Below, piece after piece: positions 11,962 through 24,275 of a DNA stretch of 64,000 bases. The first letter of the stretch is position 1. Each line of letters begins with the position of its first letter. The stretch is from the human T2T-CHM13v2.0 reference genome, Homo sapiens: NCBI RefSeq assembly GCF_009914755.1, contig NC_060926.1; one strand, given 5' to 3'. The notes beneath the pieces are model-generated. The model was not told the origin of the DNA. It searched no databases and was given only the letters and a program-made list of their open reading frames with translations. Position numbers and translations under genes: made by a program.

Positions 11962-14284
11962 TCATGAAGATGAGAAATGTCTGAGTACTAAATTTTGCCT
12001 TCTCATTCTCCCTCTTCTTTCATTTGAAACACCCTTACTTCATCTATTACTCCATATATCCTAAAACCTCTTTCCCATGTCCTTACCATTCTGTATGACC
12101 ACAGATGATTTCCTGCCCTCTGTCTTCCAATTAAGATATTCACTCTTTAACTATATCAAATTTCATCATAAATCAAAGAGGAATTATTATTTTTATTTCA
12201 ATCATTTTGTGTTTCGTCTTTTAGAAATGTGTTTGGCTGTTTTTCAACAGTGTCTCTACCTATACCATACTGTATTGTTTTTAGAACATTTATTATTTTT
12301 TATCATCTAAACATTTTTAAATCCACTTATTTTAAATTCACTTTTGAATTAATTATATCCAGTTATCTTCTATTTGGTATGCTTGCTTTCTCTCTCTCTC
12401 TCTGTCTCTCTCTTCTCTGTCAATTTTTGACTTCATGCATGCTTTATAATTTTTAAAATTTAAAGTTCATCTGCATCAGGAGCTATATTCTGTGAAAGTT
12501 CTGTTTTTCCTGGGTTATAAGAATGTCATTTCAGGAATAGTCAACTCGAATAGACCTTTTCATTGAACTACTTTGGGGTGTGGATGGTGGATTGTGAACT
12601 CTGACTTCACTGAAGGGAAGAAACCTGAGATGATGATTCCTTTTGGGTCACTCTTTCTGCTCATGACCTCAGGCAGGCTGTAAGATTTTGAACCATCTTT
12701 CCTGGGTTTTAGGAGTTTGTATAGTTTCAATTTTATAAATGGGTCAGACCTTATGAATCTTGGTTTTATGCAGCAATTCATTTCTAATTCTCAGCACAAA
12801 AAGTCTCCTTCACTTACAGTGGTAGAGTCCAAGGCTCCAGCCAGTAATAATGCCCACGAGCCCCTGGGCATCAGCTTCCACTCACACTCCTATGTTAATG
12901 TCCCTCTTTATTTGGAGATTTTTTTTTCTTGTTTATATTTTGAGCTCAACTATATATTTAATGTGTATTTGTTATATTTTAAATGGCATTTCTGTGTGTT
13001 TGAAATAAGAAAGATGATTTTCTGGATCAGTTCAGTCCAGCCATTTAATAGAAATCAACTTCATATTTACATGAAATATTCTAATTGTCAATTTAAGCTT
13101 CAGTCATCCATGAAGAATGATTTCCTTGAGGGCAAGGGCTATATGGTATTGATCTGTGTTTCTATTTGTTGAATGGATAAACATATCACGTATGTCCTCA
13201 TCTTACTTTTGCTATTTTCTGGTGTTTCTAAATTTGGCTGGCAGCTGATCATTTTTGCAACATTTAGTTGCTACAACACAAACATATGAAAACCACAGTG
13301 ACCTTTAGTGTTTGGTGGGTTTAATGAAGCTTTGTCTGAATGATGGTTTGAAATCCAGATGTAGAAAGCAGACTTTCCTAGTCACTGATATTAGGAGGAA
13401 ATGAAAACAGAAGCATAATCATAATGTATGTCTTTAGTAAAGCTGCCGCCTGGGATTAGAGGTAGGCTTTTTTTTATTGAAAATGTTAAATAGTTGCTTC
13501 AAAAGTTCAATGAATCAATTAACATTTCTTCTTTGTATTTAGGTCTGCATTTTTGGGGAGAAGAAAGTTGAAAGTATTTTGCATATATCCTATTCTTTGC
13601 AAGAAAACACAGGTTTTCATTCTTAAAACAAAATGGAGCAATATAATTTTATTAAATATTTTCAGAAAGCCTCAATCAAGTAGAATAATATTGTTTTACT
13701 TTGTCAACTCTATTAGACATTTCTATGTTTGTGGTTACCTATAAGAACTCCTACAAAGGTTCAGAAGATATAGGCCTAATTATCCTTTGGTTATAGCATG
13801 TGGCTAGATCGTGATTACGTCCATTTAGAAGATAAGTAGCAATATAGTTTTGTGCTTTTTCCAGGACGATGATGAAATAAGTACAATTTTCAGGTAACTA
13901 CCCCCTTTAATTCTACTGTAAGAATTAAATTAGAATTTCTCATTCTTGTCTTAATCCATACCCCTTGCAATGCCTTCTCAGTTGCCTGCATGTTCCAATC
14001 AGCCAAGAAGATGTCATAGAGCATTTTTTCTATAGCCTGTTTAAGAAGGTGAGTACATTGAAAATGATTTTTTGAATTATACCTCTGCCTCTCAGAATAT
14101 TTTTCACAGAACTAACAGCTTTAAAATAAATACGGTTGACCTTATAGTGGAATATGACCCACCATAAACAAAATTTTAGTTTGTATTCATTAGTGAAATT
14201 TCTTTCAACAAGAATGGATAAAACTCCAGATCTCAACAGGCTATTCTAAATTTCTACTCTAACTAGACAAGAATGAATCTCTTC

Positions 14285-14512
14285 TGAGATTGGCAAATGG
14301 TCAGCAAGATAAAATCCAGTCCATGGATTGTTTTGTTAATAAAGATTTATTGGAACACAGATATGCCTATTTGTTTCTGTTATAACTAGGGCCACTTTCT
14401 GGCTATATTAGTGGACTTGAGAAGTTGCAAATGTTGCAGCAGAGACTGTATGATCCACAAAGAGGGAAATATATACTATCTGGCTCTTTACAGAAAAAGT
14501 TTTCAGACTCCT
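14285..14512 (+). mobile_element. MER58A hAT-Charlie MITE
   Basis: AATAAAGATTTATTGGAACACAG...ATACTATCTGGCTCTTTACAGAAAAAGTTT. Confidence 0.85.
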
Positions 14513-14634
14513 ACTTTAATTCACTTAGGGCTGCATTGGGGTCAAATTTCTTAAATTAATTAACGCATAAGAGACTCTTCCACTGGCACAGCTTTGTAAT
14601 TCTAGAGCCAATATTAGCAAACTATTTGAACAGA

Positions 14635-15021
14635 TGTGGTGATAGTATTATTGTTCAAAATATTTGCTGTACCTTTCGAGGAGGACGATTACATTTTCTG
14701 GCTTCTTTAACATCAACCCTGGTCATATAACTTCTTTGTCCAATGAACTGTGAATTGAATAATGTGTTTCACATCCAAGAAGAAGCTTTAAAATCCAATG
14801 CTTGGCTTACCATGCACCTTTTTTCATCTGCAAGGAGACTGGTGATGTCAGAGATTGTTCTGTCAGACTGAACCCCCAATGACAGTAACATGGAATAGAG
14901 CATGCAGAAGACCCACAGTAAACATCAGCATGGATGAGAAATAAACCTTTATTATGTGAATACCACTGAGACTTTGGGGTGTTACTATACAATAACTCTA
15001 CTAGAGTTGACTCTAATAACA
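14635..15021 (+). mobile_element. MLT1-family MaLR LTR
   Basis: TGTGGT start; 3' GAGAAATAAACCTTT...CCACTGAGACTTTGGGGTGTTACT...ACTCTAATAACA. Confidence 0.75.
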
Positions 15022-15674
15022 AATTCTTAGAAAGAAGATGTTTTAATTGGTTCCTTGAGACAACAGAAAGCTACAGAGGTCAAATATGCAAATCAGCACC
15101 AAATAAATGAATGGATTTTTTAAAGTCTGAACCTAAATTAAAAACAATTTAAAACTCTCTTTTCAATAAGCCATTTTCACATCTACTAAACAGTATCAGG
15201 ATAAATTAAACAGAGAACACAACTTTAAACCTGTATAACATAATCTGAAATAAAATTAAGTCACTATGCTTCAGCAATGCAAAGTTAAAGATAAACCTAA
15301 CTTTTCACATGTCTATTATACATATGCAATAAAGAAATAGATGTTTAGTGTTGTTATTTGACTAGCCAGATAGGTGTCTATTTTATTTCTCACTTATTCA
15401 TATACTTGCATCTAAAAGAAATTTAAACTAATTTTAGAAATATCATAAATGTAGAACAGAAACATCCCTGGACTGATTGTCATAACTGACTTCAAAACTT
15501 TAAAAGTGAAAAACTAAAATATCAAATAAACATATGAAAAGTCTATATGTAATAGATATGTGAATTAATTAATGAGAAGATACCTATTTCTCCTAAAGGA
15601 TAGGATATAATCTTAATGCTTAATATCAACAAACATAGAGAAAAACATGTACCTGGCCAACCCCCCGCCACCCA

Positions 15675-16210
15675 CCAGACATTGCTGGTGAAATGGTAAA
15701 ATGGTAGAATCTTTCTGAGAGGCCATATGATGTTTTGTATCAAAGATTATTATAATATTCATTACATTTGATCAAACAACTCTACAACTAGAAATTTATC
15801 TTAAGGAAATAAGCATATGTGAAAATATTAATTTGCAAAAGAGTCATCTGATCACAATTGATAATAAAAACTTGAAAATAACATATGATTTAAAATGTGG
15901 AATTGGTTAAATCATCATGTCAGATCTTTTCATGGAATTTTATTTAGCAACTACAAGTGAGGTAATAGAAAAATAATAAAGTGGAAATAAGATCACATGA
16001 GATTATTAAACAAAACAATATACAACAAGATAAAAATCATTATACGTAGTATGATTACATATTAGCATAGGAAATACTCTAGAAGATATGTACAAAAGAG
16101 TGACTAATGACTAACTGTGAATTGTTAGATTAAGGATGATATTTAATTCCTTTTTCTTCTCTTTATTTTCTAATTTGTCCTTAATGCACAAATTTCTTTA
16201 GGTGAATAAA
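15675..16210 (+). mobile_element. L1ME-type 3' fragment
   Basis: ACATTGCTGGTGAAATGGTAAAATGGTAGAATCTTTCTG...CTAGAAATTTATCTTAAGGAAATAA. Confidence 0.6.
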
Positions 16211-16506
16211 TACAATATAAACTAGTAAAAAACAACAAAAGTAATTAACAGTGTAGTGGAGAAAATACATGTTACATATCATATATAAAATATAATTTCT
16301 TTGTATATATGTAATTTTTCTGTTTATACATAATTACTTCCATATACATACATACGCATATGTGCACATATTTGTATCCCCCAAAATATTTCCAGAAAGA
16401 TTGCAAATTTTATATATATAAATCTGTCATAAGAAAGGCAGTATGCTTATACTAATAGAAAAATAATATTTAGCATATCAAATTAGAATGTATTTAAATA
16501 TACATA

Positions 16507-17303
16507 TTTTAACTTTTATTTTAGGTTTAGGGGTACATGTGCAGGTTTGTTTTATGAGTAAATTATGTTTCATGGGGGTTTGTTGTACAGATTATTTCAT
16601 GACCCAAATGATAAGCATAGTACCCAATAGGTAGTTTTCTGATCCTCAACCTCCTCCCTCCATCCACTCTCAAGTAGGCCGCAGTGTTTTTTGTTCTCTT
16701 CTTGTGCTCATATGTAGTCGATGTTTAGCTCCCACTTATAAGTGAGAACATGCAGTATTTGGTTTTCTGTTCCTGTGTTAGCTCACTTAGGATAATAATG
16801 GCCTGGTCCAGCTTCATCCACGTTGCTGCAAAGGACATGATCTTGTTCTTTTTTATGGCTGTGTATTATTCTTTGGTGTACATGTAACACATTTTCTTTG
16901 TCCAGTCCACTGTTGATGGGCATTTAGGCTGATTCCACATCTTTGCTATTATGAATAGTTCTGTGAGGAATATATGCATGCATGTGTCTTTATGGCAGAA
17001 TGATTTATATTTCTCTGGGTATGTAACCAATAACGAGATTGCTGGAACCAATGGTAATTCTGCTTTGAGTTCTTTGAGAAATTGTAAACTGCTTTCCATA
17101 GCGACTAAACTAATTTACATTCCCACCAACAGTGTATAAGCATTCCCTTTTCTCTGCAGCCTTGCCAACATCTGTTTGTTTTTTTTTTTACTTTTTAATA
17201 GTAGCCATTCTGACTGGTGTGAGATAGTATCTCATTGTGGTTTTGATTTGCATTTCTGTAATGATTAGTGATGTTGAGGATTTTTTTATATGCTTGTTGG
17301 CCA
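16507..17303 (-). mobile_element. L1PA13-16-type 3' fragment, antisense
   Basis: TTTTAACTTTTATTTTAGGTTTAGGGGTACATGTGCAGG; ORF 16866-17099 resembles the ORF2 C-terminus; TATTTAAATAT occurs on both flanks. Confidence 0.9.
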
Positions 17304-17539
17304 TATTATTTAAATATCTTAAGGTAAACAAAAAACCATAGAAATTTTCTCTAAACTAGGGAAAGTTATATATAATCATATAAATTACATAATTTTAACG
17401 TCCTTTGAATATGCTAATTTTTTATAACAATTAAAATTATCCAGGAAAATATTGATGTGTCCAAATTTGTATTTTTATAATTTAAAATAAATTATATTAA
17501 CTTTTTTCCTTTAAAAGCTTTTCTTAAAAATTTTTTTCT

Positions 17540-17850
17540 TAAAATTATATTACCTTTATCGAGGTATGATTGACACACAGAAGGCTGGACATATTTAATA
17601 TATACATCTTAGTGAGTTTCGAAATTTGCATACACCCCTGAAACCAACTTTACAGTCTGTGCCATAAACCTATCCAATATCTCCAAAAGTTTTTTCCTGC
17701 CCTGTTTATTTATTTATTTATTATTACTTGTGGTAACACTTAACATAAGAACTACCCTTTTACCAACTTTTTAAATCTATAATACAATATTGTTAATGAC
17801 TGACAATATGCTGTACAGTAGATCTCTAAGACTTCTTCACCTTGTGTAGT
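17540..17850 (-). mobile_element. L1MA/MB 3' end fragment
   Basis: TTTATCGAGGTATGATTGACA...CTGTACAGTAGATCTCTAAGACTTCTTCACCTTG. Confidence 0.65.
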
Positions 17851-18347
17851 GAAGCTCAATTCCGACTATTTCAGTACTTTGTTCAAAAATCCCCAATGGC
17901 TCTCCATTAAATACTGACAAACCCAAATGTCTTCGCCTACTATTCAATATTTCCCAAATTATTTTTCCATCTTTAATCCCCATGACTTCCTTTTATGCGC
18001 CCCAGTTCCGAGTAACAGCAAAGTATTGCTTCCTATACATTCCCTTTGAATTTTTATTGCTTTGTTATTTTTACAGATTTTCATAGAAAAAGAGGGAAAT
18101 CAGTACAAGTACAGATTTCTTGTATGTGTCTACTGCCTAGCAGTGAAGTCTGGGCTTTTAGTATACCCATCAGACAAATGGTGAATCTTATACACCAATC
18201 AGTAATTTTCACTTATGTCAAACGTATCATGGTTAAAAATCAAGTAAAACATATTTGTACTACATTTAATAAATCTATTTTTAAGAAAACCCTTTTTGAC
18301 ATAGGACAGAACTAGGCAGTTCAGAAAAGATAAAATGTAACAAATAG

Positions 18348-18464
18348 AAAAATGTTCAACTCAGAAAAGAAGCATAAATTTAGATAGAGAATTATAAATA
18401 TATTAAAGCAGCAACACGGATGATGGAAATCAATAAAAAGCAGGTTGCAAAAAGCTAGCAGGAG
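18348..18464 (+). repeat. Inverted repeat arm A, 117 bp, probable donor
   Basis: Its reverse complement matches 19621-19737 at 116 of 117 positions. Confidence 0.97.
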
Positions 18465-19544
18465 AATTCACGTCTGTGTATATTATGAAGCAACCTTTCT
18501 AAAAGACAAATTTGGCACTATGTATCAACAGCTATGTCTACATAATATACCTACACCTAGCAATAAACAATATGGATTTTAAAAACACTTTAATATTTTC
18601 CATATGAAAATAATATATGTATGCATTATCAAATATTGACAATAACGAGTAAAGTAATGAAAATAAGGAAAAGCATCTGTAACCGCATGTCTGAGGTGTA
18701 TTTATCACTGCCAATCTGTTAATAATATGATGTTTTTCCTTCCATCTATTCATGTGTCTTCTTGCTCTTTCTATTTATCCCCAGACTCTTCTCCCTTCCC
18801 TCCCTTTCTCTTACCTAGCCTTATTTATATAGTATCAGGTTATGAGCATTCATCTTTTTGTCTTTGGATTTCATCATACAGAAGCATTGCAACATTTAAC
18901 CATTCCAGTAATGCTTAACTCTGTTTTCTCCAAATTTTACTAACTATAAATTACCAGCCAGTTAAATTTTTGTACATACATCTTTATTCATATCTATGTT
19001 TCCCAATAATAAGTTTTTAAAAGTGGAAATGCTGTATCAAATGGTCTAAATACATATTAATACCAAAACAGGTATAGATATAAATACATACAAAGATAAA
19101 TACATATAATGTAGCTATAAGATGTATCAATAGAAAATGTAACAAGGTAAAAAGAGTCCCTCTATTCCCCATCCCCTTCCCTTGTTTCTCCATTACTTGA
19201 TCATGCTACCCAGAGACAACTGATTTGGATAGGTCTTGTGTATTACATTATCAGAAATGTCACACACATACGCATGCATGCACACAAAGGATGATACAAA
19301 ATTAATCTGTGACATGTTTTCTGATTGTAAAACGTGTCTATTTTGTTCTTTTTCCTGATTTCATGATTATAGAACATATGGTTTAGGATGATCCTCCTTA
19401 ATATATCCCACCTGCCTGCCGAAGGGTACATTTTTAACTTTCCCTACCATGTCCTCCCAAGATTTTCACCGATGCAATTACATCTTTGAGTTGCCAAGAA
19501 AAAGAGTATGAATATCTCCTAGTACTTGCCAATTTTTTTCCACC

Positions 19545-19825
19545 AAGGTTGCCCAAATGAGAAAATGAAGACAATCTTCAGAGATTCACTAGGACTCAGA
19601 GGACCCAGCATGCAGTTGTGCTCCTGCTAGCTTTTTGCAACCTGCTTGTTATTGATTTCCATCATCCGTGTTGCTGCTTTAATATATTTATAATTCTCTA
19701 TCTAAATTTATGCTTCTTTTCTGAGTTGAACATTTTTACGTTCACATAGTGAGGGCACACAGTTGGAAACTGAGGACAAAGACACAGGTAGAGTCTGGAG
19801 AGATCCACGCACAGGCTTCCTCTTT
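19545..19825 (-). mobile_element. ERVL LTR fragment of the MER68/MER77/MER21 group, split by inverted repeat arm B
   Basis: GATTCACTAGGACTCAGAGGACCCAGCATGCAGTTGTGCTC on the left, AAAGACACAGGTAGAGTCTGGAGAGATCCACGCACAGGCTTCC on the right; assignment from memory. Confidence 0.55.
19621..19737 (-). repeat. Inverted repeat arm B, 117 bp, probable inserted copy
   Basis: CTCCTGCTAGCTTTTTGCAACC...GAGTTGAACATTTTT is the reverse complement of 18348-18464 with one substitution. Confidence 0.97.
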
Positions 19826-22293
19826 GGCCTATTATTTATACGTTTTGTGTTTAACTAACATTTTTGTTTGGTTAAATATATGTGTGTATGTGTACGCACT
19901 CCTAAGCATTTAAAAAGAAGAAGTTTTTCATTTTGTTGTTTTTTTAAATCTTCTATTCATTTTTTAGAGGTAGATATTTCAACAATTAAACATTCTTTAT
20001 ATTTACAACCTCTTATATTATTATTCTTATCAATTTTAGGAATTTAAGGTAATACATAATTTTCTATATTCTAAACTAATAATGGTTTTAGGACCTGCCA
20101 TCAATTTAATACATCTTGTTTATAATATGTAACAAGCATATTAAATACAGAGATTTTAAAACAACTTCCTGATTTTAGAGTAGTTAAGATATTTAAAAAT
20201 ACTTACTTTAGGATTAAGTGTTTATGGTCACTGATATGATGAAAACAGAATGACATTCACCAAAATATTTACAGCAGAATTATTTAAAATACCAAACTGA
20301 TATTTAAATAAATGCCTCAAATTAGAGAAACACCTAAGTAAGGTATAGTGAGTCTAAATCTTATGCAGCAATATAAAATAATTATTAACATATAATTATA
20401 AGGAGAATATGAAAAATCATGGAATGAATGAGAATAATAAAGAATTTAACTATACTACAGATAAAACTCTCTAAAAGCATGCTTGCATACAGATAAACAC
20501 TGGAAGGATATACAGGAAAAAAATTGTAAAAGCACTTTAAAAGGTACTAGTAATAAGTTTGGAGGGAATTCTACTACTTTTTGTTTTCATACCCTTCAAC
20601 CAAATTTTGTTCTAAGGCTATTTAGCAATAAATAGATATAAAGAAAAATGTTAGCAACTTCAGAGATATAAAAGCAAGCAGCAAAGGCAGTCTTATTTTA
20701 TCTCCCTCTTTATTCTATCTAGGGCTGAGAAAAGGACAGGAGAAGAAACTGGGTGCAGAATTGGTTTTTCCCTCTTCTTCCTACCTGAGCCATCCAGACA
20801 GCACAGCTGCCCCACAGGTAGGTCTCAACTAAGCTGTGTACATGTGGTTGAGGGCACCATAGAACACAGGAGCTTTGTAGAGCAGATCAAGTCCTTGATT
20901 CACTTGAAATAATATTACTCTTCTCTTTCAGTGATCTTCTCTGTTAATAAGAACCTTTAAGCTAATGACTGAAGGCAAATATAAAGAAGTTTTTGGGAAT
21001 GGGCTGTAATTGTCTTTGTTATCCAGGAAGCAATTATTTCCCATAGTTGGCTTTCTCCAGAATCACTGATATTACTACTTTCTTTCTCTGGTATCTCACT
21101 TTCTTTCTATTTTATATTGCTATGCTTTGCATTTCTAATACATTTCATATCTTTGAGGAAAGGCTTATGTCTTTTTCTTTTTAATCTGCTATGTGCTTTT
21201 AAAAGTTTGGTTTATAGTAGATACATAAATTATGTATATAGTGGAATATAAATACAGATATTGCATTGAATCAAATTTCATTGTGTCATCTCTTAACAAG
21301 CATTTCTATTTTTTAATGGTCCCTTAACTTCCCCCAAATAACCCATTTTAAGGTGGAGCTTGAATCAAATAGTTCATTTAAAAATGCCTATAGAGTAATG
21401 CTATTATTTTTTAAAAATTTGCAGTGATACTGAAAGAAGAATGTCTCAACAATGTCAGCTTCCCACCAACACCTCAGTGTCTGCCCACTCTTTTCTTGTT
21501 GACCTGTTTCCTGGCCTGCAGGCATTCTTATTTAATGTACACCATATTGACAAATTCATCACTTTCCCACTGACGTCCTCACTGTTGAAATCTTATTTTC
21601 CTCATTTGCCCCATCTTGTTTTTACTCAAACAATTATATGCAAAATTCAACCTATACTCTTTAGATTAACCCCTACCCAACCCCTACTCACACACAGACA
21701 CATTTGGTTTTCCACATCAATTTTTAAAAAATCAAATATAATATAAAAATATATTTTGGGGGATCTGGATTATTTCTGCATTTTTCAATACCTTTTAAAC
21801 ATGATTACACAAGTTAAATATATATGAGTTTTACTTTGCCAAAGTATATTTTTCAAAAAGCTAAAACAACAAATTATATACAAATATAAAGTGAGCACAT
21901 GTCAAAGTTTTTTTAGTTCATTAATGATGAAACCACCAAAATACTAAAGCTGGTCCCAAAAGTACTGGAGATATGTATAGTGGCTACGAGAAAAACAAGA
22001 TTTCCAGTTCAGGTACAAAATAGCTTAATGTTCATAAAGGACAATAAAACTATAATCTTTGGTCAAAATTATTTGTGTCTTGCACACAACATTCATTTCT
22101 ATTGCTATTTGATGAGAATCATCTATATTGCTATCCATTTTCTGAGAGCTAACATTTACCCTTGGAAAGTTATAAGGTTTATTATCCTGAATAATAGTAA
22201 ATTAGCAAGTCAAGTAAGACAGGAGAATTAAGTAATCCCTTGGCCAGGCTTCTACACAATGTCTTAGAGGATATGGAAAAGAATCAGTAATCC

Positions 22294-22574
22294 GGCTGGG
22301 CACAGTGGCTCACGCCTATAATGCCAGCACTTTGGGAGGCCAAGGCGGGCAGATCACCTGAGGTCAGGAGTTCGAGACCAGGCTGGCCAATATGGTGAAG
22401 CCCTGTCTGTACTAAAAGTACAAAAAATTAGCCGGCTGTGGTGGTGCACGCCTGTAATCACAGTTACTTGGGAGGCTGAGGCAGGAGAATCACTTGAACC
22501 CAAGAAGCGGAGGTCACTCCACTGCATTCCAGTCTGGGCAACAGAGTGAGACTCCGCCTCAAAAAAAAAAAAAA
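22294..22574 (+). mobile_element. AluS with a small right-arm deletion
   Basis: Intact 5' end GGCTGGGCACAGTGGCTCACG; 17-bp TSD AAAAGA(A/C)TCAGTAATCC; lacks TGCAGTGAGCCGAGA. Confidence 0.95.
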
Positions 22575-23915
22575 GACTCAGTAATCCTATGTTTTGGAAA
22601 ATTTTTCTTAATAGTGCAAATTTCTGAATAATGATCAATTCTTCACCAATATAATAATCTACCTGTAAACATGCCCACATTTGGTACAAAAAGAATGGTG
22701 TTTTCATGCCTGACTAGAATTAAAGTATCTCAAAGTTCAGGGCCTTTTAGCCTTCATCCAGGCAGCCAATCAGAATGGCAAGGACTATTTCAAGTAAATA
22801 TCCCTCCTCCAAGAAACACTTAATTGAATACCTGCTATGTGTCAAGTGTTGTGTTGTACGGAAAAATATTCAATTCTTCTTCTTCAGAGCTGAGAGCTTA
22901 GTTAGAAAAGAGATGTACAATGAATTATGGTAGAGTCTAACGTATTTGCAAGATGCCATGGGCCTCTTGGGGTACAGCACCTGATGTAAGCCTTCGGAGT
23001 GAAATCTGCCTGAATTTTACCACTGAATATGTTGTTTATTGACTGATGAAATAACGAAAATACCTTTTATACCTCAATCCAAGCTTGAAAATTTTTTAAA
23101 AATTGTATGACACAATTCTCCGACTTTTTATAACCTGAGGTTATAAAAAGAACTTAAACTGATGAGATAACTCTGGGTCATTATGCAAAATACAGAATAC
23201 TATGCTGCACTGTCACTCAGCAATGACCCAGAAAGCAATGAGTCATAAAGGATATATTTATCTTTATAATAAATAACCCCAACCTGCTATATTTTTAAAT
23301 TATTGTAACTGACTAATATGATTTTATATCTCTTGCAGTTCTGTTCAATATCACTTTGATATGTACAGCAAAAATATTCATCACAGTTATGTGGTATTTT
23401 GTTCAAAATGACGTAAATATGTGTCCATTGGACTTTTTTTTATGTCTTGATAAAATTAGGTTAGGTCACAATACGAAGGATAAACTGTTCTTTATTTTTG
23501 TCTTCCCATCTGAAAAATGGGCGGACTGCAAGACAATAATGATAGGGTACTAAACTATTACAGAGCCTCAAGGAAGTTCAAAGAATCTTATGTAAGACAT
23601 TGTGATGCAAGAGCAGTGTTATTTTAGCTCTGTAAGGGATAATTGTATAGTTAATCTTCTATATTACATTGAAAAACTTTCAACACTTCATTGTGTTCAA
23701 TTATACTCCTGATTACTCAGATGGAAAAAATTGGGGAAAGTTTGGAGATGCTTAACTGTGAGTTGCTGATGAAGTGTTTTCTCACTGCCCTTGTCTCCTA
23801 AAAGGGCAGGATTTGGGTTTTGGGTCCTCTGTGGATTTTAGTTATCATTTTAGCCCATGGTAGCAGCCTTCATCAAAGATTCAAGGGCCAGTTTTAATTA
23901 AGAAAGGTTAATGAC

Positions 23916-24275
<360 letters not shown>

